A stretch of DNA of 64,000 bases from an uncultured Clostridia bacterium (GTDB taxonomy: Bacteria > Bacillota > Clostridia > Christensenellales > UBA1242), in assembly GCA_944360075.1 (NCBI GenBank), contig CALVTE010000001.1:117280-181279 (forward strand), written 5' to 3'. Below, piece by piece: positions 18,426 through 28,169 of this stretch. Each line of letters starts with the position of its first letter. Positions within the stretch are counted from its first letter, which is position 1. The notes beneath the pieces are model-generated. The model saw only the letters and a list, made by a program, of their open reading frames with translations. It searched no databases and was not told the DNA's origin. A program made the translations under genes and the position numbers.

Positions 18426-19710
18426 AAACCCCCAGCATTATTTCTTTGAAAACTTCTCCCCGAACAGCGTAAGAACAAAATTCATCAAAGCTCGCGCAGG
18501 CTGGAGCCAGCAAAATTTTCTGCCCCGCCTGAGCATTTTCTTTGGCAAAGGCTGCTGCGCCCTTCATGCTTGCAAAAATCTTTGGCTGATAGCCGTAGCT
18601 TAAAGCGCAATCAAAAACCTGCTGGCCGCACTGGCCAAAACATAGCACCTGTTCAAGGTCATAGCCCGCCGAAAAAATCTCGTCAAACTTAAAACCCTTG
18701 TTCTGCCCACCAACAAGCAAAACAATTCTCTTTTCGCCAAGCGCTTCAATGGCCGCTTTGCAGGCTGCTATGTTTGTGGCCTTTGAGTCGTCAAACACAT
18801 CCGCTCCGCCCACTTGGCCAAGATATTCCATGCGATGCGGCGGCGCTTTAAACTGCATAATCCCTTTTTTGATGGCCGCTGGTTTGATTTTGCATCTGCA
18901 ACAAATCGCCACGGCGGCCAGTGTGTTTTCAAGATTTTTCTCGCCAAAAAGAGGGATGTCATTGCAAGAAATTATCTTGGTTTTGTTGTAAAAAATTGCT
19001 CCATTTTTGATAAAAACACCTTTTTTTAGCATTTTTTTTGAAAAATACAGCACTTTTTTGCTAATTATCATGCTTCTTGAATTTTTGTCATCAAAATTTA
19101 AAACAATTTTCTGCCCTTTTGGTTTTGCAAAAATCTTCTTCTTGACTCGCACATATTCTTCATAACTGCCATGCCTGTCAAGGTGGTCGGGCGCAAGATT
19201 GACCAGACAAGCCACGCGAGCGCGGAAGTGTTTTGAAAGCTCTAGTTGAAAGTTGCTCACTTCAACAATCACAAAACTTTTGCGCTCCGAGCTCAAACTT
19301 ATCGCCGTCAAAGGCAGCCCGATATTGCCACAAACGTAAGTCTTTTTGCCTGCCGTCTTAAAAATTTGTCCCACCAGCGAGGTGACTGTGGTTTTGCCGT
19401 TCGTGCCAGTTATGCCCACAATCTGCCCCTTGCAAAACAAAAATCCAAGGTCTAGTTCGCTTATAACAGGCACCTTGTTTGCCAAAAAAAAGGATATCAA
19501 ATTGTTGCCGCGCACCTTTATTCCAGGACTGACAACCACCAAATCATACTTTTTTACCATGGGATTTTTTTCAAAAGCATAAAAGGAAGAAAACTTGTTC
19601 TCGTCGTCAAATATGCTCACACATGCACCCTTATCGTGCAGCAGTCTGCAGGCGGCCTGACCACTCAAACCCATGCCGTATACAAGAACGTTCTTCCCTT
19701 TAAGCTTCAT
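18403..19710 (-). CDS. murD: UDP-N-acetylmuramoylalanine--D-glutamate ligase MurD
   Basis: MKLKGKNVLVYGMGLSGQA..., P-loop GITGTNGKTT, and its position between mraY and ftsW. Confidence 0.93.
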   Translation of the reverse strand: MKLKGKNVLVYGMGLSGQAACRLLHDKGACVSIFDDENKFSSFYAFEKNPMVKKYDLVVVSPGIKVRGNNLISFFLANKVPVISELDLGFLFCKGQIVGITGTNGKTTVTSLVGQIFKTAGKKTYVCGNIGLPLTAISLSSERKSFVIVEVSNFQLELSKHFRARVACLVNLAPDHLDRHGSYEEYVRVKKKIFAKPKGQKIVLNFDDKNSRSMIISKKVLYFSKKMLKKGVFIKNGAIFYNKTKIISCNDIPLFGEKNLENTLAAVAICCRCKIKPAAIKKGIMQFKAPPHRMEYLGQVGGADVFDDSKATNIAACKAAIEALGEKRIVLLVGGQNKGFKFDEIFSAGYDLEQVLCFGQCGQQVFDCALSYGYQPKIFASMKGAAAFAKENAQAGQKILLAPACASFDEFCSYAVRGEVFKEIMLGVYDKIEMQ

Positions 19711-19723
19711 AGCCCCACTCCTA

Positions 19724-20683
19724 TCAAATCAAACCTTTCAGCGCCATATAGGTTGCAAGAAGGCAAACGCCTAGCACCAATGTTACTAATATATATACTA
19801 AAACAATCCGATTTTCATGCACGCCTTTTTTTTCAAAATGATGATGTAGTGGAGCCATCAAAAATATCCGTCTGCCCGTTCTTTTGTAGTGTAAAACCTG
19901 CAAAACATCTGAAAAAGCGGTCACAACAAACACAAAACCTAAAATAGGCATCAAAAGCTCGGTGCCAGAGAAGGCCGCCACGGCTGCCATAAGCGCGCCA
20001 AGAGCGAGCGAACCAGTATCGCCCATAAAGATTTTTGCTGGAAAGCAGTTGACCACCAAAAAGGCAAGAATTGCCCCCACTGCTGCAAAACAAATAAGGG
20101 CAAATTGGCTTTGACCAAGCAAGACTAGAATAAGACCAAAGAACAAAAAGTAAACGGCATTAACACCACCTGCCAGACCGTCCAGCCCATCAATCAAATT
20201 GACGGAGTTGGTGACTGCAACAAAAAAGAAGATGATGAAAGGCACGATAAAAAAGCCGATATCAAATTTAAGTCCAAAAAATTCAAGCTCGCCACCCTTG
20301 TTGAAATAAACATATAGGGCAACGATAAGCGAAATGCCCACCTGCCCTATAATCTTTTGATAAGGCTTGAGCCCTTCGTTTTTGTGAAATTTGACTTTGA
20401 TAAAATCGTCGAGAAAGCCAAGAAGCCCATAGCCCAGCATTGTGGCAAGCGCAACGTAGGCCCCGCCAATTTGCCCTTGCAGAAAAAAGACGCTTGAAAT
20501 CATTATGGCAAAAATAAAAATAAGCCCGCCCATGGTCGGCGTTCCACTTTTGCCAGCATGCTTGTCCACATAATGCAAAATTGTTTGAGAAAGATGGAAT
20601 TTTTTGCAAAGTTTGAGCACTGGAAAAATCAAAATCACCCCCAAAGCCAAAGCAAGCAAAAAAGCCATATAATATTTCAACAT
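19724..20683 (-). CDS. mraY: Phospho-N-acetylmuramoyl-pentapeptide transferase MraY
   Basis: Contains GTPTMGG, NSVNLIDGLDGLA, MGDTGSLALG and APLHHHFE. Confidence 0.95.
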   Translation of the reverse strand: MLKYYMAFLLALALGVILIFPVLKLCKKFHLSQTILHYVDKHAGKSGTPTMGGLIFIFAIMISSVFFLQGQIGGAYVALATMLGYGLLGFLDDFIKVKFHKNEGLKPYQKIIGQVGISLIVALYVYFNKGGELEFFGLKFDIGFFIVPFIIFFFVAVTNSVNLIDGLDGLAGGVNAVYFLFFGLILVLLGQSQFALICFAAVGAILAFLVVNCFPAKIFMGDTGSLALGALMAAVAAFSGTELLMPILGFVFVVTAFSDVLQVLHYKRTGRRIFLMAPLHHHFEKKGVHENRIVLVYILVTLVLGVCLLATYMALKGLI

Positions 20684-20721
20684 AAAATCCCCCTGAAATA
20701 TTGTATGGCAAAAAAAATTAT

Positions 20722-22212
20722 TTAGTCGTCAAACCTTTCTTCTTCCTCAAAAGGATAGGATTTGTCTTTCTTTAAAGGTTTTTTCAAACTTTTGCAAAAG
20801 TTGTAGACAACTTCAAAATCGCTGTAAGGATATTGCACTCCCTTGATTTCTTGATATTGCTCTGCCCCTTTGCCAGCGATTAAAATTGTGGTTTTGTTTT
20901 TATACTTTTTCAAAGCATATTCAATGGCCTGCTGCCTTTCACAAATGCATAAACAGGGCTTGACACATCCTTTTTCAATCTGCCTTATAATCTCTTGCGG
21001 CTCTTCAAAACGAGGGTTGTCGCTGGTGATGATAACATCGTCTGCAAGCGTTGAGGCAATTTTGCCCATTATCGGCCTTTTTTGCTGGTCACGGTCGCCT
21101 CCGCAGCCAAAAATGCAGACCAGTTTGTTGTCAGAAAGTGCACGCGCAGTTTTCAGCACCTTTTCCAGTCCGTCTGGAGTGTGAGCATAATCAATGACGA
21201 TGTTTTTGTTTTTAAAATTCAATATATTAAAACGACCTTCCACGGGCGGCAGAAGGGCAATGCCTTTTGCAACATCTTCTTCGCTTATGCCAAGGCTTCG
21301 AGTTACCGCGATTGCCCCCAGCAAGTTTTCAACATTATACTCGCCCACAAGGTGACTTTTAATTTTGAATTGTTTTCCCAAAAAATCACAAACAAATTGA
21401 CTTCCTTCAAAATTTGTTTTGATAAAGCGCCCGCTCACATCAAAGCCGAATTTTTTGCCATAGCAGATTGTGGGAACGTGAGGATAAATCACCAAATTTC
21501 TGCCGTAGTCGTCTTCCCCACAAACCACGGCAAGCTTGACTTTGTCAGGTGTGAACAATTTTAATTTTGCTTTTGCGTAGTTGTCCATATCTCCAAAATA
21601 GTCAAGATGGTCTTCTGTTATATTTGTCAGCACTCCAATTTCAAACTTGACCCCTTCAAGTTTGTCAAGAGCAAGAGCGTGCGCAGAAACTTCCATCACG
21701 GCATATTCAATGTTTTGCTCGCTCATATCCTTAAAAAGCTTGTGCAGCATATATGGATCGGGCGTGGTCATACCCGTCTGCACATTTGTTTGGTTATACT
21801 GCGCGCCAAGCGTGCCAATAACCCCCACCTTTTTGCCCGCACTTTTCAAAATGGCTGCAATGATGTTTGCAGTGGTGGTTTTTCCATTCGTGCCGGTGAC
21901 GCCAATTATTTTGAGTTTGTCGCAAGAGCAATCAAAAAATTTTTTGCAAGCTTTTGCGTGCGTGGCTCGGACGTTTTTTACAACAACCACATTTTCAAAA
22001 GGCAAGTTTTGCTGACTTACCACCACTTCTGCGCCATTGTTTAAAGCTTCCAAAGCATAGTCGTTTCCATTTCTTTTCCACCCTTGCATGGCAAAAAAAA
22101 CATCACCCGGCTTAACCTTTGTGCTGTCAATTTTTATATCGCAAATATTCTTGTCAAGATTTTCCACTCCTTTTTCCACATCTTTAAAATCAAGTAAATC
22201 TTTCAGCAGCAT
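20722..22212 (-). CDS. murE: UDP-N-acetylmuramoyl-tripeptide synthetase MurE
   Basis: A GGAGG RBS precedes the ATG at 22212 (MLLKDLL...), and the P-loop is GVTGTNGKTTT. It carries a DNPR motif (ITSDNPRFE). By established MurE knowledge this motif goes with meso-DAP-adding enzymes. Confidence 0.9.
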   Translation of the reverse strand: MLLKDLLDFKDVEKGVENLDKNICDIKIDSTKVKPGDVFFAMQGWKRNGNDYALEALNNGAEVVVSQQNLPFENVVVVKNVRATHAKACKKFFDCSCDKLKIIGVTGTNGKTTTANIIAAILKSAGKKVGVIGTLGAQYNQTNVQTGMTTPDPYMLHKLFKDMSEQNIEYAVMEVSAHALALDKLEGVKFEIGVLTNITEDHLDYFGDMDNYAKAKLKLFTPDKVKLAVVCGEDDYGRNLVIYPHVPTICYGKKFGFDVSGRFIKTNFEGSQFVCDFLGKQFKIKSHLVGEYNVENLLGAIAVTRSLGISEEDVAKGIALLPPVEGRFNILNFKNKNIVIDYAHTPDGLEKVLKTARALSDNKLVCIFGCGGDRDQQKRPIMGKIASTLADDVIITSDNPRFEEPQEIIRQIEKGCVKPCLCICERQQAIEYALKKYKNKTTILIAGKGAEQYQEIKGVQYPYSDFEVVYNFCKSLKKPLKKDKSYPFEEEERFDD

Positions 22213-22288
22213 AAACAACCTCCAAAAAATAATACTGCACAAACGCCCCAGCAAATTCTCTTTCGCAAAAAAGGGCAAAATTCGACAA

Positions 22289-23413
22289 TCATTTTGCTTT
22301 AAGCCCTCTTTTGCTTGTCAGCGATATAAATTTTTCGATTGCGCTGCTGCTAAACTGATAAACAATATTCTTTGCCCTTGCCGCCTTTTCTATGCCTTCT
22401 TCAATCAAAAGAGACAAAAGGTCTTCAAACAAGCAGTCAAACATATTGAAAGAAAGTGAGCCCGGAATTGAATTAAGCTCGTCGACATAAAGAATTTTCT
22501 TTTTCTTGTCCATCAAAAAATCCACCCTTACCACGCCGTCACATCTTAACGCTTTATAGGCCTTCACAGCAAGTTTTTTGATTTTTTCATTCAAAGACTG
22601 CTCAATTTTGCACTTGTCAACCTCTTTTTCTTTGATATACTTCTCCTCAAAGGTGTAAATTTTGCTTTTTTTGACAACGTTGACCTTGCTTGGCAAAATT
22701 TTTTCGTTGATTTTCACGCATGCACAACTATACTCTTCTGCACTGGACAGATATTTTTCTATCAAAATCTGCTCGTCATAAGCAAAAGTTTCTTCAATCT
22801 GTTTTTCCAGCTTTGCCTCACATTCACATATGCTGATGCCAACACTGCTACCCAAATTTGCAGGTTTTATAATACAAGGAAAGGCAAGTTTTTTCTTGAC
22901 AGACTGCAAAATTTTCAATTTATTTTGCTTATATTCACATCTGTCAAATTGCACATATGGCAAGGTTTTGATATTAAAGTTTTCAAGCATAACCTTAGTC
23001 AAAGTTTTGTCCATTGTCAAAACAGAACTTGAAGGCGAAGAGCAGGTGTAGGCGATTTCTGCCAGCTCAAGCAGACCTTGCAGCGAGCCGTCTTCGCCGC
23101 CGCGGCCATGATTGCAAAGAAGGGCACAGTCGATTTTTATTCGATTTTTTATTTTGTTTTTCTTCCACACAATAAGCCCATGATTTTCAAAATCAATCGA
23201 AATATTTCTGCAATTTTTGACATTTTTTGCAAAATTCAAATAAATTTTGGCTTCCTTCAAGTTGTCAGCGGTCACAAAATTGCCTTGCACAGTGATGTAA
23301 ACGGGAAGCATTCGATAGCCTTTTGGAAATTTTGCCATGGCCTGCAAAGCGGTGATAACAGAAATATCATGCTCAACACTTTTTCCACCAAAAAACACTG
23401 CAACAGTTTTCAT
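22289..23413 (-). CDS. ddl: D-alanine--D-alanine ligase
   Basis: MKTVAVFFGGKSVEHDISVITA...HGRGGEDGSLQGLLE...VDELNSIPG is the ATP-grasp Ddl pattern. Confidence 0.92.
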   Translation of the reverse strand: MKTVAVFFGGKSVEHDISVITALQAMAKFPKGYRMLPVYITVQGNFVTADNLKEAKIYLNFAKNVKNCRNISIDFENHGLIVWKKNKIKNRIKIDCALLCNHGRGGEDGSLQGLLELAEIAYTCSSPSSSVLTMDKTLTKVMLENFNIKTLPYVQFDRCEYKQNKLKILQSVKKKLAFPCIIKPANLGSSVGISICECEAKLEKQIEETFAYDEQILIEKYLSSAEEYSCACVKINEKILPSKVNVVKKSKIYTFEEKYIKEKEVDKCKIEQSLNEKIKKLAVKAYKALRCDGVVRVDFLMDKKKKILYVDELNSIPGSLSFNMFDCLFEDLLSLLIEEGIEKAARAKNIVYQFSSSAIEKFISLTSKRGLKAK

Positions 23414-23424
23414 AAAATTCTCCT

Positions 23425-24843
23425 TTATTTATAATTGTCGGGAAGGTCATTTTCAAAAAGAACAACACTTCTTTCGTTGACCAAAAGTTTTAAAATTTCT
23501 TCCTGCTTTTTTCTTGTGTTTGCAAAAAATATGTTTTTTGCATTAAAATTATGCGAAATTGCGCCAGAGTAGATATCATTTTTGTTGATTTCGTTCATAA
23601 TAACAATAAAATCTGCAACATCGGCAATTTGGCAACCTATTTTGAAATTCACAGAATTTTGTTCTTTGCCAAGTTCAACAATGCCTGGCGTGACCACAAT
23701 TTTTTTGCCAGAAAATTTTGAAAGCACCTCGAGCGCCTGCGAAAAACCAACTTCGTTGCTGTTGTATGAGTCGTCAATCACAACGGGGCTGGTGCTCAAA
23801 ATTTCAAGGCGATGCGGAGTGGGCTTAAGGGCTTTTATTGCGGCCGCAATGTCTTTTTCGCACACTCCCAAAATATAACCGCAAGTGGCTGCCGTGACGA
23901 TATTTTCAATGTTGCATTTGCCAAGCAGTTTGGTTTCAACCTCAAACTGTTTGCCGTCGATAACAAGGTCAAACTTGCTGCCATCACAGCTGCATTGCAC
24001 ATTTTTTGCATACGCAAATGCTTTTTCAGCGTTTGTCAAAAATTTGTTGCCTGCAAATTTTCTGTAAAGCTTCAAAGTGCTTTTGCTTGCGCCGTCAAAA
24101 ATCGCCTTGCCATCTTTTGTTAGGTTCTGGCATAGTTCATATTTTGTTTTTTCAATTTCTGACAGCGTTTTAAAACTTTGCAAGTGAGCCTTCCCAATGG
24201 AAGTGATGATGGCAACATTAGGTCTTACAATGGCAGCCACTTTTTCGATATCTTTTGGTTTTCTGGCACCCATTTCTGCAATAAAAATGTCATGGTCATC
24301 CAAAGCTTGCAGCACTGTTTTTGTGATTCCCATTTCGGTGTTATAATTGAGAGGAGTGGCGCAAACCTTGTATTGTTTTTCCAAAATGCTTGTCAAAATG
24401 TTTTTCGTTGAAGTTTTTCCGTAACTGCCAGTAATTCCAATTTTAATTATTTTTTTCTTGGCAAGTTTGCTTCTGGCTCGAAAAATATATATTTTCTTTA
24501 TCAAAATCTCAAGTGGCAATATGATAAAATGTGCAATCGTCATCAATATAGGTGCAAGCAGAAAAATCACAACGACATTCAAAACAATCAAGGCGATGTG
24601 ATAAACAAAATTTGTCACCACAAAAAACAGCCCAAAACTCAGCAGAAAATATAATATAGAAAATCGGATAAGCCGTTTGGTCCATTTGAGTTTGTTTTTG
24701 TCGCCATAGGCTAAACGGAAGGCAAAAACGTCATCCAAAAACTTGCCAATTTGATATTGACAAAGTTGATAGGACTTGAAAAATATCAGCGACCAAACAA
24801 GCATCGCCGCAGCAAGTGCACATGCGAAAATAAGAGCAATCAT
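23425..24843 (-). CDS. murF: MurF-type UDP-MurNAc-tripeptide--D-Ala-D-Ala ligase with a membrane-spanning N-terminal region
   Basis: Residues 136-472 carry the P-loop GITGSYGKTST, DDSYNSN and GIVELG (MurF-like). Residues 1-115 are hydrophobic, with about 4 predicted TM segments in place of the usual soluble N-domain. Confidence 0.8.
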   Translation of the reverse strand: MIALIFACALAAAMLVWSLIFFKSYQLCQYQIGKFLDDVFAFRLAYGDKNKLKWTKRLIRFSILYFLLSFGLFFVVTNFVYHIALIVLNVVVIFLLAPILMTIAHFIILPLEILIKKIYIFRARSKLAKKKIIKIGITGSYGKTSTKNILTSILEKQYKVCATPLNYNTEMGITKTVLQALDDHDIFIAEMGARKPKDIEKVAAIVRPNVAIITSIGKAHLQSFKTLSEIEKTKYELCQNLTKDGKAIFDGASKSTLKLYRKFAGNKFLTNAEKAFAYAKNVQCSCDGSKFDLVIDGKQFEVETKLLGKCNIENIVTAATCGYILGVCEKDIAAAIKALKPTPHRLEILSTSPVVIDDSYNSNEVGFSQALEVLSKFSGKKIVVTPGIVELGKEQNSVNFKIGCQIADVADFIVIMNEINKNDIYSGAISHNFNAKNIFFANTRKKQEEILKLLVNERSVVLFENDLPDNYK

Positions 24844-25568
24844 TCACTTTCCTCCCAGAATTTTCCAATAATTTTGTTAAAAGAAAGAGCATTTGTCAAA
24901 AAACAAAAGTGTCCAGCATCTTTGATGACTTCAAGAGTTGAATTTTTGATATATCTATGCAATTTTTTTGCCATGTAAAGCGGCGTTTCTGTGTCTTTTT
25001 CGCCCCAAACAATCAAACTTTTGCATTTGACTGACTTAAAATAGGGGGCAAGGTCTTCATTGACAATGCTGTTGAAAATTTTTTTCATATTTTCATCCAA
25101 AAGTTGGTAATCTTTAGAACCCAAATTTAAGGTGCTTCTGCCAAATTTTTTTAAAATTTTGTATTTATAAATTTTGTAGAAATATTTAAGATTTCGCCTT
25201 GGTTTTAGCCCTGCGCTGCTGACAAATATGCAGGAGCGGACAAATGAGCATTTGATGGAAGCAAAAATGCTGGCAATTCGTCCGCCAAACGAGTGCGCAA
25301 GAATGTCACATTTTTCAAGGTGCAAATGTTCACATAAACTCATGAGCAAACCTGCATATGTGAATATGCTGAAGTTTTCAAGTTTTTTTTGGCTTCTTCC
25401 AAAAGGCGGAAAATCGATGCATAAAAAAGACCGCTCTGGAAAAGCTTGCCAAACGGACTTGAAAATTTGGCTGTCCACTCCCCAACCATGCAGCAAAATG
25501 ACAGGGCAAGATGAAGGATGATTTTTAAACTGATAAAAAACTTTGACGCCGCAATAGTGATAAAACAT
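24840..25568 (-). CDS. Alpha/beta hydrolase fold protein
   Basis: Contains ILLHGWG, nucleophile elbow AHSFGG and C-terminal DAGHF. Its stop overlaps the murF start (ATGA). Confidence 0.7.
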   Translation of the reverse strand: MFYHYCGVKVFYQFKNHPSSCPVILLHGWGVDSQIFKSVWQAFPERSFLCIDFPPFGRSQKKLENFSIFTYAGLLMSLCEHLHLEKCDILAHSFGGRIASIFASIKCSFVRSCIFVSSAGLKPRRNLKYFYKIYKYKILKKFGRSTLNLGSKDYQLLDENMKKIFNSIVNEDLAPYFKSVKCKSLIVWGEKDTETPLYMAKKLHRYIKNSTLEVIKDAGHFCFLTNALSFNKIIGKFWEESE

Positions 25569-25632
25569 AATATTTTTTATGAAAAAGAGTGAGATATGTT
25601 GAAAGATTTTTTGTTAAAACCCGCTTAAACAT

Positions 25633-25661
25633 TTGCTTCTTTTTTAAAAAAATAGTATTAT
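25633..25661 (+). promoter_or_regulatory. Candidate promoter for spoVG (TTGCTT-N17-TATTAT)
   Basis: Hexamers at 25633-25638 and 25656-25661. The sigma factor cannot be assigned from sequence alone. Confidence 0.35.
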
Positions 25662-25706
25662 ATAGATAGCCGGAAGGTAATCTAGACAAAAGGAAGGTAA
25701 AAGGAC

Positions 25707-25976
25707 TTGAAAATCACAGACGTAAGAGTAAGACTCGTTGCAAAAGAAGAATTGAAGCTTAGAGCAGTTGCTTCTATCACAATCGATGAATGCTTTGTTG
25801 TGCATGACATCAAAGTGATTGAAGGAAAAGATGGACTTTTCATTTCAATGCCAAGCAGAAAAACTCCAGACGGAGAATTCAAAGACATTGTTCATCCAAT
25901 CAACACTGAAACAAGAGAGATGATTAAGTCTGCAGTTTTGGAAGCTTACGAAAAAGCAAAAGTTGAAGCTGAATAA
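25707..25976 (+). CDS. spoVG: Septation protein SpoVG
   Basis: [66 protein letters not shown]. It uses a TTG start codon preceded by a GGAAGG/AAAGGA RBS region. Confidence 0.92.
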   Translation: MKITDVRVRLVAKEELKLRAVASITIDECFVVHDIKVIEGKDGLFISMPSRKTPDGEFKDIVHPINTETREMIKSAVLEAYEKAKVEAE

Positions 25977-25980
25977 AAAA

Positions 25981-26008
25981 CAAGCACAATTTAGTGCTTG
26001 TTTTTTTT
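25981..26008. terminator. Bidirectional terminator between convergent spoVG and ypeB
   Basis: CAAGCAC-aattta-GTGCTTG flanked by A6 and T8. Confidence 0.65.
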
Positions 26009-27467
26009 ACATCAACAAATTTCCATTGTCGGTTTTGACGACTTTTAAAATATTTTCCGTTTCGCCATTTTCCACATTGAAATAGAAATAATATGTGTTA
26101 TCATCTTTGGTTGCCTGAACTTCATAACAAACCACTTCTCTGTTGTAATCAAGTGGAGAAAGGGTTTTTCGCGTTTGGACTATCGAAAAGGTTGAAGGCA
26201 CTTTTGCCTCAGCCTGTTCTTTGGTAAGCGAGCCTTGATTGAGCGTTCTGCTTGTGTGATTTGTAAAGTATGAAGTTGCATCGTAGCCCACAATCGTGCC
26301 AGTTGTCAAATCGATTTTGACCTTGACAAGGTCTGGATACAAAATGATGCCTTCTTGAAGGGGCGCGATGTTGAGATATAAATCTTCATACAATTTGTCG
26401 CTCCAAACCACCTTTGCGTTTTCAATGCCGTTGCCTTTTGCAAAATCCAAGGCGATTTTTTCCGCTTGAGCACTGTCAATTTTGCCTGCCCCATTTTTAC
26501 CACAGCCACTGACAGTCAAGATTTTTCCGCCTGTTTTTGTGACTTGAATATACAAACTCTCTTGGTCAGAATTAACAGCGCGATAGTTATAAGTTTCAAA
26601 TCTGCCTTTGGTTGTTTCTTGATATTTAAGTTCAGTCAAATTTTTAAAATGCTTTTTGATGGTCTTTTCCCCTTCTTCTTTGCTGACCACGCCGCCACTA
26701 AGGCCTTTGATTTTGCTGTTGACAACCGAGTCTGAGAAAGGCCCGTCATAAATCATAGTTGGATATTTGACGTCCAAATCATTCATTTGTGTGAAGATTT
26801 CGGTAAAGCTTGTTGTTCCATCTTCATTGAAAACGCTTTGGTCTAAAATTGAGTAACCTGACTGCATTTTTCTTGAAAACTCGTTTAATTGATTTTTTAA
26901 AAGCAAAATGTTTTGATAGACATCTTCCAAAGTTTCAATCTCGCTCTCGCTCAAACTTTGCCCTTTTGCAATTTTGTCAGAAAGAGTGCTGGTGTAGCCA
27001 TAAACCTGATTGACCATTTTGACCATGTCTGAGATATCTCCCTGCGTAAGCGGCAATGCTGCAACAGAAATTTGCGCTTCGTTTGAAGCTTTTGCAACTG
27101 AATTCAAAAGTTTTGACTGATAGGTTGAGCCTGAACTTGCAAGAACTTTTGACAAGTCGTTTTCTGCAGTGTTGACACTGTCAAGCAGGTTGTAAAAATT
27201 TTTTTCATAAACATTTTCAAGGCTAAGTTTGTAGTTTTCACTCTGGCGCATCTCCAAGGCATAAGCCACTCCTAAACCTATACTAGACAGGGCAAGAATT
27301 GAAGTTGAGAAGGCCAAAATTTTGATAGTTTTGTTTTTCTTTTGAAAGTTTTTCTTGGAAATTTCTTCATTTTTTGCAAAATTTAGCAAATTTGAGTTGT
27401 TTTTTTTATTTTTTATCTCAAAATTGGTGTCAATATTGAGCGATTTTGTTTTTTCTTCATTTTTCAT
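26007..27467 (-). CDS. ypeB: Germination protein YpeB (PepSY-domain partner of SleB)
   Basis: Single TM, then the YpeB-like N-domain (SENYKLSLENVYEKNFYNLLDSV...ALPLTQGDISDM) and C-terminal PepSY-like repeats. It starts 10 nt downstream of sleB. Confidence 0.8.
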   Translation of the reverse strand: MKNEEKTKSLNIDTNFEIKNKKNNSNLLNFAKNEEISKKNFQKKNKTIKILAFSTSILALSSIGLGVAYALEMRQSENYKLSLENVYEKNFYNLLDSVNTAENDLSKVLASSGSTYQSKLLNSVAKASNEAQISVAALPLTQGDISDMVKMVNQVYGYTSTLSDKIAKGQSLSESEIETLEDVYQNILLLKNQLNEFSRKMQSGYSILDQSVFNEDGTTSFTEIFTQMNDLDVKYPTMIYDGPFSDSVVNSKIKGLSGGVVSKEEGEKTIKKHFKNLTELKYQETTKGRFETYNYRAVNSDQESLYIQVTKTGGKILTVSGCGKNGAGKIDSAQAEKIALDFAKGNGIENAKVVWSDKLYEDLYLNIAPLQEGIILYPDLVKVKIDLTTGTIVGYDATSYFTNHTSRTLNQGSLTKEQAEAKVPSTFSIVQTRKTLSPLDYNREVVCYEVQATKDDNTYYFYFNVENGETENILKVVKTDNGNLLM

Positions 27468-27477
27468 CTCTCACCTC

Positions 27478-28155
27478 CTATCTTGCAAAAATATGCTTTC
27501 CAATGGTTATCACTTGCTCTCTCGACCAAATCCAAGAGCTTGTTGCTGTTGCTGGATTGAAATAATAAATGCAACCATATGTAGGATCCCAACCATTCAA
27601 AGCATCTTGTGCAGCCTTGTAAGCCGTGCTGTTTGGAGTCAAATTTATCTGCCCGTCATCAACAGCAGTGAAGGCATAAGGCTGATAGATGACTCCAGCG
27701 ATGGTGTTTGGAAAAGAAGCACTTTTCACACGATTGAGCACCACTGCTGCAACCGCTACTTGACCTGTGTAAGGCTCTCCACGAGCTTCGGCATAAACGC
27801 ACCTTGCAAGCAAATTCAAATCACTTGAAGAAATGCTGGAAGTCGAGCTAGACAGCGTCATACCAAGCGCAGCGGCGGTTTTTGGGCCGATAATCCCGTC
27901 CACTGCAAGTCCATTCTTGCTTTGAAAATATCTGACCGCTTTTTTGGTGAGCGGGCCGTTTATGCCATCAACCGAGCCTGTGTAATACCCCCACCTTTTC
28001 AGTTTTGTTTGAGCCGTCCGAAGTTCTGACGTCGTGATTGCCGCCTCTGTTTGAGAAGGAGCGGGACAAAAACTAAGATATGTTGCTGTCGCGCCAATTA
28101 GCGAAAGCATCCCGACAAACGCAAGCGAGAGAGAGACAAAAAGTCTTTTTTTCAT
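27478..28155 (-). CDS. sleB: Spore cortex-lytic enzyme SleB
   Basis: Signal peptide, PG_binding_1 repeat (LKRWGYYTGSVDGINGPLTKKAVRYFQ...GLAVDGIIGPKT) and the SleB hydrolase domain (LLARCVYAEARGEPYTGQVAVAAVVLNR). Confidence 0.88.
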   Translation of the reverse strand: MKKRLFVSLSLAFVGMLSLIGATATYLSFCPAPSQTEAAITTSELRTAQTKLKRWGYYTGSVDGINGPLTKKAVRYFQSKNGLAVDGIIGPKTAAALGMTLSSSTSSISSSDLNLLARCVYAEARGEPYTGQVAVAAVVLNRVKSASFPNTIAGVIYQPYAFTAVDDGQINLTPNSTAYKAAQDALNGWDPTYGCIYYFNPATATSSWIWSREQVITIGKHIFAR

Positions 28156-28169
28156 AAATCCCCCTTAAA

